Of a stretch of 64,000 bases of DNA, positions 37,695 through 49,249 are shown piece after piece. How positions within the stretch are numbered: position 1 is the first letter of the stretch; each line of letters begins with the position of its first letter. Both the position numbers and the translations under genes were made by a program. The notes under the pieces are model-generated. The model ran no database searches and was not told where the DNA came from. It saw only the letters and a program-made list of their open reading frames with translations. Source of the DNA: Octopus sinensis (taxonomy: Eukaryota); contig NC_042998.1 in assembly GCF_006345805.1 (NCBI RefSeq), positions 24,428,001-24,492,000 on the forward strand. The letters are read 5' to 3'.

Positions 37695-37718
37695 TTGGTG
37701 GTGATGATGGTGATGATG

Positions 37719-37750
<32 letters not shown>

Positions 37751-37890
37751 GATGGTGGTGGTGGTGATGATGATGATGGTGGTGGGGGGTGATGATGATG
37801 ATGGTGGTAGTGGTGATGATGATAATGGTGATGGTGGTGGTGATGATGGTGGTGATGATAATGATGGTGATGATGATGATGATGATGATG
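37175..37890 (+). repeat. SINE D 3' part (37175-37345) whose (GAT)n tail continues as a ~550-bp (GAT/GGT)n array
   Basis: GCATGGAAAGCAGACATAAAACGACAATGATGAT... runs directly into the array. Confidence 0.9.
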
Positions 37891-38222
37891 TTGCTGCTGC
37901 TGTTGTATTTTCAGAGAAATGAAACTAACTATCCAGCAAATTATATCTGACAAATTCCTGGAAAGAAAAGCAGATTTAAACATCTGGAGATGAAACAGTA
38001 ATTCCTTTTGCAATTACATTTCATCTTTTACAAAATGGAAGAGAGTCAGATTGCCTTGAGTTAAGTTGAACGACATATAAGTCAACTGCATTGTAAACAA
38101 ACTAACAGAGGTACCTCTTCGTGGTTGCTTAGTCTTCTAGAAATGGCAATGAAATCTCCTTCAAATCATATTCTGCCTCTACCATTAAAATAAGGGACAC
38201 ATTGGATAATATTGGATAAAAT

Positions 38223-38927
38223 ATCTTCTTCTTCTTCTTCTTCTTCTTCTTCTTCTTCTCATCCTCCTCCTCCTTCTTCTTCTTCGTCTCCTCCTCCTCC
38301 TTCATCTCCTCCTCCTCTTGCTTCATGGTGCATTCATGCCTTTGATAAATCATGGCTTGTTCCTCTTCTATTTATTTCTGTCTCTTGCAACATCATCCAG
38401 GTCTTTCTCACTCTGCTCGTGCAATCTCTTCTTCATCCAGTCAAACAACTTCATTCTCTGTCTTCCTCTCGCTCTGCTCCCCACCAGCTCAATCTCCACC
38501 CTGTAGCACTCCGTTCTGTTATCCTCTCTGAGAAAATGACCAACAAATCTCCACTGACTCTCTCTGATCATATCCATCGACTGTCTCTTCACTTTCATCT
38601 TCTTCAACACTTCCACATTCGTCACCCTCTGTACCCACGAGATTCTAAGCATTTTTCTATAAAACCACATTTCTGCAGCTTTGAATCTCTTCTTCAAGAC
38701 TCACATCCATACGTTAGCACCAACCAAATGTAGCACTTCACTAGTCTTTTCTTGACTTCCATTCCAATTCTCTTTGTACAAAAATGCTTCTCATGTCCAT
38801 AAAAGTCATCTTTGCTAATCCAATTCTGCATTTGATGTCTCTATCTGACCTTCCATCTGATGTTATCCAACTTCCTAGATATATGAAACTGTCCTTCTGC
38901 TCCATCCCAGTTCCATTCACCATCAAG
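38223..38927 (-). mobile_element. RTE-clade LINE, 5'-truncated, with (GAA/GAG)n tail
   Basis: DSFIYLGSWITSDGRSDRDIKCRIGLAK...; RFKAAEMWFYRKMLRISWVQRVTNVEVL...GSRARGRQRMK. Confidence 0.9.
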
Positions 38928-39084
38928 CAACATGTAGGTACCGGTGCCTTCTTGGTACAGAACCATTGAGAAGGAATTATGGCAGTTAATCATCAATCCA
39001 AGTTTTCCGCTCACCTCTGTTAATAAAATAACTAGAAATATAAAATAGTTATGGCTAGAATTCATTTGATAATGTCTACTCATT

Positions 39085-39428
39085 CAAAAGTCAAGACTAT
39101 TGAAAAGGTTGCAAGATGCAACGAAAATTTTAGGAAAATAAAAATAAGAAATAAGTGGAAATTTTACCGGTGAGTGTGTTAAATTATAAGGCACAAAAAG
39201 AAAATGACCCTCCCCGGACACAACAAAAGGTTGCAAGACGCAATGAAAATTTTAGGAAAATAAAAATAAGAGAAAAGTGGAAATTTTACCAGTGAATGTG
39301 TTAAATTATAAGGCACAAAAAGAAAATGACCCTCCCCAGACACAACAGATTACTCATTCAAAGTTAAGCTGGAATGCTCATCAAATGTATTTTTTCACAA
39401 ATGTGATTTTTGTGGTGGCTACTGTTGT
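39085..39428 (+). mobile_element. HHR-bearing element family G with ~120-bp internal tandem duplication
   Basis: AAAAGGTTGCAAGA(T/C)GCAA(C/T)GAAAATTTTAGG occurs at 39103 and 39225. Confidence 0.85.
39097..39133 (+). ncRNA. Minimal type I hammerhead with U3-A8 variant core, family G
   Basis: CTA-TTGAAAA-G-GTTGC-aagat-GCAAC-GAAA-A-TT-T/TAG. Confidence 0.62.
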
Positions 39429-39445
39429 TTCATGATACCCTAAAA

Positions 39446-39906
39446 CTATGATCCTCAACTGGGGTCCCTGTAGCCCCTGGGGGTCCATGTAAGATTTTGT
39501 TATTAAAATGTATGTACAATAAACTGGTTATATTTCTGCAAAACACAAAATAGATTAACAATTTTTAAATACAATTCCTAATGAGGGGATTCTGTAAAGT
39601 TCCTGACTTTAAGGGTATTGCAAAGGGGCCTGGTTGGAGGCCCCTCCTTCTGAGTTCTTTTACAGGGCTTAGAAAAACTGAAGGGCTGCTGCAATAAGTG
39701 TATGAATCTGAAAGGGGTATATGTTGAATAAAATCATAATTAACTGATCTTCCTGTATTTTCTTTTACCCAAACCCAGGAAATTTGCAGTACACCCTTGT
39801 AATTATAAAAACACAAGATTTTTTAAGCATCAAATGTTTATGAGGGTCAGTAAAGGGAAATTGAAATCAAAGCAGTTCCTAGGCAAAACATGGTTGAGAA
39901 CACATA
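39446..39906. mobile_element. hAT-like MITE (CAGTG.TTCTCAAC family), decayed ends
   Basis: It runs ...TCCTCAACTGGGGTCC to TGGTTGAGAAC, the same family as 47423-48572. No TSD was seen. Confidence 0.7.
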
Positions 39907-40838
39907 TAAGCTTTCTTTAACACACATATAATCTATTTAGACTTCAACTAGTGATATAGATTAATACAGAAATTAATCAACCGATATATAGATCTATAGA
40001 TTTTCAATGAGAACAAATAGTTTTCCAGTTATAAAGTATATTTACATTAATTTCTTGAAGAAAATTACTACAAAAACAGTAGTCACCAGGGTTTAAGATA
40101 TTTACATTGATATCAATAATCAATTTTTGTCTTCATAGGAAGTTCATAAATTCTATATTTATTAGCTGTAATGTACTTTTAATTAAATTAACAAAACCAT
40201 TTTCTTCAAATTACATGGTGCTTGGGTATGAAATTATTACAATTATTACAAGGAATATCATAAATCAGGGAAAAATACCCTGTAAATTAATATATTTAGA
40301 TAAGCTGAAGAAAAGTAACAAAAGAGTGATAATGAAGAAATAGATTAAATGTCTCTATAGGCCTACCATATCTTCCTCTTGTATAAAAGTGTGGCTGTGT
40401 GGAAGACGTGTTCTTGTCTGTCTCCTGTCCAAGCCTGATTTATGCGTTTGCCACTACAACCTCGTTTAGGCTTAGCAGCCCTTCCTGTTTGTTTTCACTG
40501 TCCTGTTTGTGTTACTGATTTTGACCCTCTGCAAAATCCCAAATTTTATTTAATTTGCTTTGCGGGAGCAACTGTTTTATCGAAAGCGTATATTGTTCTT
40601 AAATGCTCAAAATACGAGACTAGAAAAACAGCCAACAACTGACGAAGGGTCGTTCTTTATGTTGTTTGTCTTGTTTTCCATTTATGTCTTTCATTGTTAA
40701 AAAAAGTAGCTCATATTCCATGTACTTGTACATTTTGTTGTACACATTTCTTGATGCCCTGTGCCCAATATGCATATATGTATATATACTTATAGATGTA
40801 AGTATGTACATATACGTATGTATGTATTTATGTGTATG

Positions 40839-40867
<29 letters not shown>

Positions 40868-40889
<22 letters not shown>

Positions 40890-41108
40890 GGAAGCTTTAT
40901 GAAAATAAACAAAAGACGAAGGCCGGTGGAGTACAAACAAACAATTGTATTAGTATAGCGCTCACGAATAGAAATAGAACAAGTCTTTTACGTTTTGAGC
41001 CTACGCTCTTCGACAGAAAGATACACAGAAAAAAAACACGGAGAGAAACAAGGAGAGAAAAAAAATGCATGCAGAAGCTAGCGATTCAACATGGCAATAA
41101 ATTGGTTA
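40868..41108 (-). mobile_element. HHR-bearing element family I in (TA)n (degenerate HHR at 40984-41021)
   Basis: TCTTT-CTGTCGA-A-GAGC-gtag-GCTC-AAAA-C-GT-A/AAAGA (G12A). Confidence 0.78.
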
Positions 41109-41177
41109 TATATATATATATATAGCTACAATAGCTGTGTATGTATACACACATATATATATATATGTGTGTGTGTA

Positions 41178-41482
41178 GAGGTGCAATGGCTCAGTGGTTA
41201 GGGCAGCGGACTCGCAGTTGTAGGATCATGGTTTCAATTCTGAAAATGGGCATTGTGAGTGTTTATCGAGCGAAAACACCTAAAGCTCCATGAGGCTCCA
41301 GTAGTGGGTGGTGGTAAATCCTGCTGTACTCTTTCACCACAGCTTTCTCTCACTCTTTTTTCGTGTTTCGTTGTACCTGTATTTCAAAGGGCCAGCCTTG
41401 TCACACTCTGCGTCATGCTGAATTGCCCTGAGAACAACATTAAGGGTATGCGTGTCTGTGGAGTACTCAGCCACTTGCACAT
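41178..41482 (+). mobile_element. SINE family C
   Basis: GGTGCAATGGCTCAGTGGTTAGGGCAGCGGACTCGC...CCACTTGCACATTAAT. Confidence 0.88.
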
Positions 41483-42106
41483 TAATAAATGAGCTGCTAT
41501 GTCACTGGTGCCAAACTGTATTGGCCTTTGCCTTTCCCTTGGAAAACATCGGTGGCATGGAGAGGGGATGCTGGTATGCATGGGTGACTGCTGGTCTTTC
41601 ACAACCTTGCCCAACTTGTGCCTTGGAGGGTAATTTTGTAGGTGCAATCTCATGGTCATTCATGACTAGAGGGGGTCACAACAACAATATATATATATAA
41701 ACGGTGGTGCATCAGCATGGCCGCAGCTCTGAGCTGAAACTAGAGAAAAAAAATATATATATATATAGCTACAATAGTGACAACATGAATTTTGTCCATA
41801 TTCTTGCTCTGTTAAAATATTTAAGACAAATTATATTAATGTTAAAATTTATATTAATGTTATTTTTATTAATTATATTAATTTATATTAATTATATTGA
41901 TGTTAAAAATCCTACTTGTTAAAATTCCATTATTTATTTATGCAGCTGAAGATGGCACTGCATTTAAATTGATGTAATGATTACATTGTTCGATTAAATG
42001 GAGCCACTTGAAATGGCCACACTGCATCACTACTTGATATCCTGTTGCTTATTTTGATTATATATATATGGAATAGTTAGTATGAAGCATTGTGTGGAAT
42101 GAATTA

Positions 42107-42258
42107 TATAAAATCTGTGAGCAAGGCTGGAACAATGTCAAATGAATCCAAGATAGATCACAAGAAATCAGGTAAATCATTAATTCATTTGCCTGTTTTC
42201 TTGTGATTTACCTTCGATTTATTTTGCATTGTTCCAGCCTTACCCACGAAATTTTATA
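42107..42258. repeat. Imperfect fold-back (~70-bp arms, 9-nt loop)
   Basis: AAGGCTGGAACAATG pairs with CATTGTTCCAGCCTT, and ATCACAAGAAA.CAGG pairs with CCTG.TTTCTTGTGAT. Confidence 0.8.
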
Positions 42259-42503
42259 CAAGATATATATATATATATATATATGTACAAAGTAAGATAG
42301 GGGTTATGGGTATAACCCACTACAGGCAATAATTTATAATATGACTTTTAAAGATTGTATTTGTATTATTATATTATCTATTGATTTATATAATATTTTG
42401 TATGCTTTTGATATTCTCATTTGTAAAATGAATAAATAATCTAACATTATAATATCCGTAAGTTGATGAACAAACTAAATTTGTTTCTCCATATTCTTAT
42501 TTG

Positions 42504-42534
<31 letters not shown>

Positions 42535-43535
42535 CTAGCAGTATCGCCCGGCGTTGCTCGGGTTTGTAAGGGAAATAACTATATAAGCATTTTTAGAGAG
42601 TTACTTCCCTTATAAATTCGGGCTTTCTTAGCCATTTTTGTTTTGGCCATGAAGTCGTTGTTCTAAAAGAACGCTGGTTTCCTTCACAACGCATTACGAT
42701 GTTGATTTCTTTACACTCCCTTCCCCACAGCTTCACGAGGGCGGGAAGGGGGAGAAGCAAACAGGTGCAGCTGTGAGCGTGGACGCCAACTCCGCCGCCA
42801 TCGACACACGATGCATTTTATGCATTAAAATGGAATAAAAAATTATGTTAAATTATTTTTAAAATCGTAGACTCATCGTTGACGCGTGCTAATAGTCAGA
42901 CGGGCTCGATATGAATCACGACTATAAGATACCCGAATTTGGTTAAACTGCACCGCAAAATGTGGGAGGAGTTAGGAATTAAATCGAAGGGGACAGACAC
43001 TCACACAACTAGAGTTTTATATATAGACTAGCAGTATCGCCCGGCGTTGCTCGGGTTTGTAAGGGAAATAACTATATAAGCATTTTTAGAGAGTTACTTC
43101 CTTATAGATGCCAATTCGGGCTTTCTTAGCCATTTCTGTTTTGGTGTCTTCAAGCCATGAAGTCGTTGTTCTAAAAGAACGCTGGTCTCCTTGACAACGC
43201 ATTACGACGTTGATTTCTTTACACTCCCTCCCCACAGCTTCACGAGGGAGGGAAGGGGGAGAAGCAGACAGGTGCAGCTGTGAGCGTGGACGCCAACTCC
43301 GCCGCCATCGACACACGAAAAATTATGCATTAAAATGGAATAAAAAATTATGTTAAATTATTTTTAAAATCGTAGACTCATCGTTGACGCGCGCTAATAG
43401 CCAGACAGGCTCGATATGAATCACGACCATAAGATACCCGAATTTGGTTAAACTGCACCGCAAAATGTGGGAGGAGTTAGGAATCTAAATCGAAGGGGAC
43501 AGACACTCACACAACTAGAGTTTTATATATATAGA
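42535..43535 (-). mobile_element. Head-to-tail dimer of non-autonomous Helitron (42535-43027, 43028-43535)
   Basis: Each copy starts 5'-TC and ends with a CCCGAGCAACGCCGGG hairpin and CTAG-3'. The junction is an exact CTAG|TC and the outer target is A|T. Confidence 0.92.
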
Positions 43536-44712
43536 TATATATATATATATATTTGTTCACATCTGTTTATACGTATTGTAAATCTTTTGCCAATGCATAT
43601 TGGTGAAGATTTGAAGATTATAAATATTACTGAAAATCCGGTCGTGCTCCCCTGTCACTCTTGCTGTCAGAAATGGAGCAAAGATTGTAGACTGATGCAT
43701 TGCAAACTTGTCACTAACGACTCTATTGTTCACAAACCTGCAATATATAAGATAAATAAATAAAAATAAAAAGGTAAATAAACAGTCAGAATATTTCATT
43801 TCTAAATCTGAACCCATTATATATTTACCGAAGCATGTGATGCCAAGGCAATACACTATCGTTTCCCTTTCAAATTGAATTAAATTCAATTCGACTCCCA
43901 TATATTTTTCCATAACCCATTAAAACTATGAATGCATTCTGATTGCTACCTGGAAATAGAATCATGCAATAAAGGAAAATAAGCTAGAATCTCTGCAGGC
44001 TATTGTCGTAGAGGTAATCAAATTATTGTAGTTGGGATAACAGTGTCAATAATGGATATGTCATAATGTTTTTAGAAAAGTATTCTACCTTGCAGAAGGT
44101 TAGATTTAGCTTTAGGAGTTCATCTTCTCTTTATATGTGTGGGAAGTGATTCCATTATTCTTTGATTTATTACTATGCGACAATTCGTAGTAAATGAAGA
44201 AATTTAATACCACAATATGTCAAAACATGTCCTAAAGAAAAGCCAATATGAAACCAATAAAACGGTGCTCAGCCTACTAAAAATATGTGAAAATCTCCCT
44301 CAAATCATATCCTCTTGTTTTACATATTGGGAAATGTAGTTCCAGATTATACAAGAATACAGGTTGGTCAAAGCTAACATAACTTGATTAATAGCTGGGC
44401 ATTCAAAAGAGTTTTAGCTGGTAGAACAAAAAGGCTTTCAGGCGCTGGAATTGAGTGGAAGTCCCTTCAAAATTCAAGATGATAGTGAGGTATTTTTTTT
44501 GAAGAGGAATTAGCCTATCAGATTCTTATGGATACTGGTTTCCATGGCACTTCAAGTCTTGGGTTGAATAATCCCTCGTTATAATTGTGGATCATCTGTC
44601 AGTGTGATCTGAACTGACTTAGAAACCTAACGAACAACAAAAATGTAACTCTTTTTGTGAAGTGTTTTATATGATATATTTAAATTAAATGACATATCAC
44701 AACTCAAATATA

Positions 44713-44764
<52 letters not shown>

Positions 44765-44769
<5 letters not shown>

Positions 44770-44990
44770 ATAAAATTATAATTTAGGGTATCTAAGAGAT
44801 ACAATCACGCTGGAAATAGCAACCAAAACTTGACTCTAAAACAACATTTAAATGCTCATACAGCACCAGGAGAGAAGAGACAAAATAAACTAGCAAAACA
44901 AAAAAATACTGGATAATTCCAGATCCCGGATTTCTGGCTCTGCATAAGAAATGCTTTGCCTTCATCAGTGGAATATACTCAGATAGCACA
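44765..44990 (-). mobile_element. HHR-bearing element family H between (TA)n tracts
   Basis: It shares AAAATTATAATTTAGGGTATCTAAGAGATAC with 45278-45400 and 48262-48385. Confidence 0.7.
44916..44974 (-). ncRNA. Type I hammerhead, family H
   Basis: ATTCCA-CTGATGA-A-GGC aaa GCAT ttctt ATGC aga GCC-A-GAAA-TC-cgg-GAT-C/TGGAAT. Helix I is a perfect 6 bp and there is one extra A before GAAA. Confidence 0.65.
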
Positions 44991-45088
44991 TAAATACAAA
45001 TATATTATATATATATATATACACACACATATATTTATATATATATATATATAAGCAACATATGATATACTTACATATACGAACGTAG

Positions 45089-45164
<76 letters not shown>

Positions 45165-45680
45165 GTATGCACACGACCAGTTTAAATTGTCTGCCTAAAA
45201 CTCCTGGTGTGATATGATCAAAATACCACCACAGTGAATATAATGACGAAATATATATATAAATTTATATAAATAAGGATAAGATCGTTATTTAAATACC
45301 AATCATATCAGGTGGCCAGCATGGGAATAAAAACCTTCAAAGGTAATAATTATTATTAAAATTATAATTTAGGGTATCTAAGAGATACCACCACGCTGGT
45401 GGCGAAAGGCAAAGGTCGATACAGCTTGGCACTAGTGATGTCGCAACTCATTTCTATAGCTGAGTGACCTGGAGCAACGTTCCTACATGATACCTCTGGA
45501 ACACAACCGTGAGTCACTAAAGTATGTGAACTAAAAGGTATCAGAGATTAGCCTCTAAACTGACAGAACAGATGGATTATGTAGAGAAGCAAAAATATGT
45601 TTTTCTATATTTTTGCACTTGTGAGCAAATATTGATGTTCATATAAGTTCAGATATGTAACCTTACAATGCAGCTGCTTA

Positions 45681-45702
45681 TTAATAATAATAATAATAAT
45701 AA

Positions 45703-45734
<32 letters not shown>

Positions 45735-46290
45735 TAATAATAATATTATATACCAACAATTAGTTAATGCTTGAAAAACTAACGTGATGCAGGAATGTGT
45801 ATGTGTGCAAGTATATTTGTGTGTGGGTGGGCATGTGTAGATATATGTATACATGTGTGGGGAGAGTGGGGCGTTTATGTGTGGTTGTATGCCTACATAC
45901 ATGTATGTGCATGTATGTGGATTGCACATGCATGTGTATGAATATATATACATTCACCTTACATTTCCACATGTAGCTTCTATTTTGTAACATTTTTCTA
46001 TTATGTGTATATGCAGATATATATATATATATATATGCATGTGTATATATGTTTGTGTGTGTGTGTGTATAAATATATATGTGTATGGGTATATGTATGA
46101 GTATATGCATATGCCTGTGTGTGCGTGTGTGTGTGGGTGGGTGCACATGTGTGTTTATAAAAATATATGTATTAGGTAGGAGCAGGTATGTATATGTATG
46201 TGTAAATATATACATATAAAAAAGTGCATGTATATGTACATATGTATGTGTGAGTGTATGTATGCATGTGGGTATGTATATATATGTGTA
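45681..46290. repeat. (AAT)n followed by degenerate (TG/TATG)n
   Basis: Direct simple repeats. Confidence 0.9.
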
Positions 46291-46744
46291 GGGGTATGTG
46301 ATTCGCCCTCAGTAATATAAATGTGAAGCGAGTCAGATTGTCTGCGAGCTGCCCTAGTTTTGAGGTGACTGCAATGACAGACTTCTGGTAAGATTGTCTT
46401 CCAATCATGGGTTATACAAACATGAATTATACAAACCTGACAATAAGGGCAGGTGGACCAATATCCCTTGTGTGAGTGTATGTATGAGCATGTGTATGTG
46501 AATGCATGTATATGCATCCTGACCTATGATAGCTAGCTCAACAACCTTTCAGCCCCTAGACATTCTAGCCTGCATATATCTGCCCCCTTCTCTTTTCTAG
46601 TACCATTCTTTTGTCTTAAACCCAATGTGACTCAATCCATCCCTGCCCATCCATTCACTTCACCTACAATTTTTTTCTTTTTTATCAGCTGTTATTTGTC
46701 TATATTTTACAAATGTTTGCAATTATTATAGAAAGCTAATTTAA

Positions 46745-47202
46745 CCCTTTCGTTACCAACCTGGCTGAAACCAGCTCTGGCTCTGGGTACAAATGTCTTA
46801 TTTTCATAAGTTATGAATTAAAATCTTCCACCAAACCTTAGTCACAATTTATGTTCCTAACACTAGCTTAATGATAACTAAGTTATTTTACTAAATTCTT
46901 GGTTATATTTAAAATTAATTGAAATATAGACCATCTCAACAGAAATATGGTAACAAAAGGGTTAACAAATGATTAATTTAACCCTTTTAATACCAACCCA
47001 CCTGAAACCGCCTCTGGCTCTGTAGTACAATTGTCTTGTTTTCAAAAGTTCTCAGATAAAATCTTCCACCAAACCTTAGTCACAGTTTATGTTCCTAATA
47101 CTAGCTGAATGGTGGCTAAATTATTTTACTAAATTCTTTGTTATATTTAGAATTAATTGAAAGAAACACAGAGCATCTCAAAAAAATACAGTAACGAAAG
47201 GG
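46745..47202. mobile_element. Two adjacent piggyBac-type MITEs, family 1 (46745-46961, 46982-47202)
   Basis: Each is TTAA|CCCTTT...AAAGGG|TTAA. Confidence 0.93.
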
Positions 47203-47422
47203 TTAATTGAAAATTGTTGTAAAGTTTCAGTCGCTAACCAGACGGGCACATAACGACATGACAACCAAAACTCAGGACCTTTAGCGAGACACAACTTAAT
47301 GTGTGGATACACCTGATGAGACCCAGACTGCAAAATGGATGCAACACATCATGTTGAATGACATTCCACCCATAAGGGACAGTATTCATCATTCTTCTTC
47401 GTAATGTTTAAACTCTGTAAGC

Positions 47423-48572
47423 CAGTGTTTCTCAACCAGGGTCCATATGGCCCCTGAAAGTCCATATAAGATTTTTGCGGGTCCATGTAACAAAATAGAA
47501 AATTAGGGATCCTCAAAAAATTTGGTTTTAGATGTATATCTTGGTATGTATTGCAAGAAACAGCTAGGTTTCTTTCTCTCACATTTTATAAGGTTCAACC
47601 TACATGAGTAAATGTGTGAAAATCAAACTAGGAATTTTAAAAGACATTATCATCATCATCATCATCGTCGTTTAACATCCGTTTTCCATGCTAGCATTTG
47701 TTGGACAGTTTGACTGAAGACTGGCAAGCCAGTAGGCTGCACCAGGCTCCAGTCTGATCTGGCAGTGTTTCTACAGCTGGATGCTCTTCCTAACGCCAAT
47801 CACTCCATGAATGTAGTGGGTGCTTTTTACGTGCCACCAGCACAGGGGCCAGAGGAGGCTGGCAATGTCCATGCTCAGTTGGCGCATTTTACGTACCACT
47901 GGCATGGATGCTAGTTAAGGTGGCGCTGGTGTCTGCCACTTTCGGATGGTACTTTTATGTGCCACTGGCACAGGCATCCCAACTACAATTTCCATTTGAT
48001 TCTTATTTTGATGTTGATGTACTTGACTCAATAGGTTCCCTCACGTATAGCAGGTCACCCAATGATCCAAGGTAAGCACAGCAGGCTGTCCTGCGAGCCA
48101 TGAACTCACTTCATTTGTCAGGTCTTCGCAGTCACAGCATATCTCCAGAGGTCTCGGTCTTTTGGCATTGCCTCTGTGAGGCCCAACGTTCGAAGGTCAT
48201 GCTTGACCACCTCATCCCAGTTTCAATAAAACTAGTTTTTAAACATCAAATGGCTATTAATGATAAGATCATTGTTTAAATACCGATCTTATCAGGTGGC
48301 CAGCATGGGAATAAAAACCTTCAAAGGTAATAATTATTATTAAAATTATAATTTAGGGTATCTAAGAGATACCACCACACTGGTGGTGAAAGGCAAAGGC
48401 CAATACAGCTTAGCACCAGTGATGTCGCAACTCGTTTCTACAGCTGAGTGTCCTGGATTAATAATATGTGCATGTATGAGGATTGCACGTGCATGTGTAT
48501 GAACATATATACATTCAGAAAAAAATAGTAATCGAAGGGGTCCATAGATAAAAAAATGGTTGAGAACCCCTG
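47423..48572. mobile_element. hAT-like MITE expanded by nested SINE D (47646-48218) and captured sequence
   Basis: TIRs are CAGTGTTTCTCAACCA / TGGTTGAGAACCCCTG, with 8-bp flanks CTGTAAGC and ATGTAAGT. Confidence 0.8.
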
Positions 48573-49249
48573 ATGTAAGTGGACTTTATTGATTAAACAT
48601 TTCAGGTTAGTTAAATACATTAACATTCACTATAAGTGACATTTAATCATTTTTGCAGCATTTCAATGACTTGACACAAAATCAGATTTGTGCCATGATA
48701 TTTTGTCATAATGATGTGTTTAAATGAGCTTGAATTTTATTTTAAAAATAAGAATATGATAATTGGTTGGATGGAGTGAGGTTTCAGCATTGTAATGACA
48801 ATTCAGTTTGTAATGAAAGACTATCAATGATATTTCTGGAATTTAATTGAAAGATAGTTCAACTTAATTAAAAATTGATATTAATGTCATTTACATTTTT
48901 TAAAGCCATTGTCGTTTTCAATTTAATAATCAAAATATGGAATAAAATTCAGTTTATTTAGTTTCACATACTTCCACATTATTCAATATGGGGGATGATT
49001 GGCAAAATAATCAGTCTTGCAGAGCTTGTTATGGCTCTTTGCATCCAGAGTTCAAATCCTGCCACAGTCATCTTTGCCTTTCATTATTTTCTGGATTAAT
49101 AGATATCTCTGTGTGTCTTTGTCTCTATTTGACTTTCTCAGTGGCTGAATTCCTATCAAGTTAAGCAACAAGATAGGAATTCCATCCTTGGTTCAAATAC
49201 ATTAATTTCCCAAATTTCTGCTCTCACAGTTATTTTATAACTGAAATAA

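Noticed and set aside
40585-40655. Permuted HHR halves (CGAAAGCGTA...AACAACTGACGAAGGG)
   Set aside because: Helix II and III pairing fails. The region may be a PLE-type terminal repeat relic (TATAAAAG at ~40382), but I cannot support a ribozyme.
47310-47350. ACAC-CTGATGA-GACC motif
   Set aside because: There is no GAAA half or helix II partner downstream.
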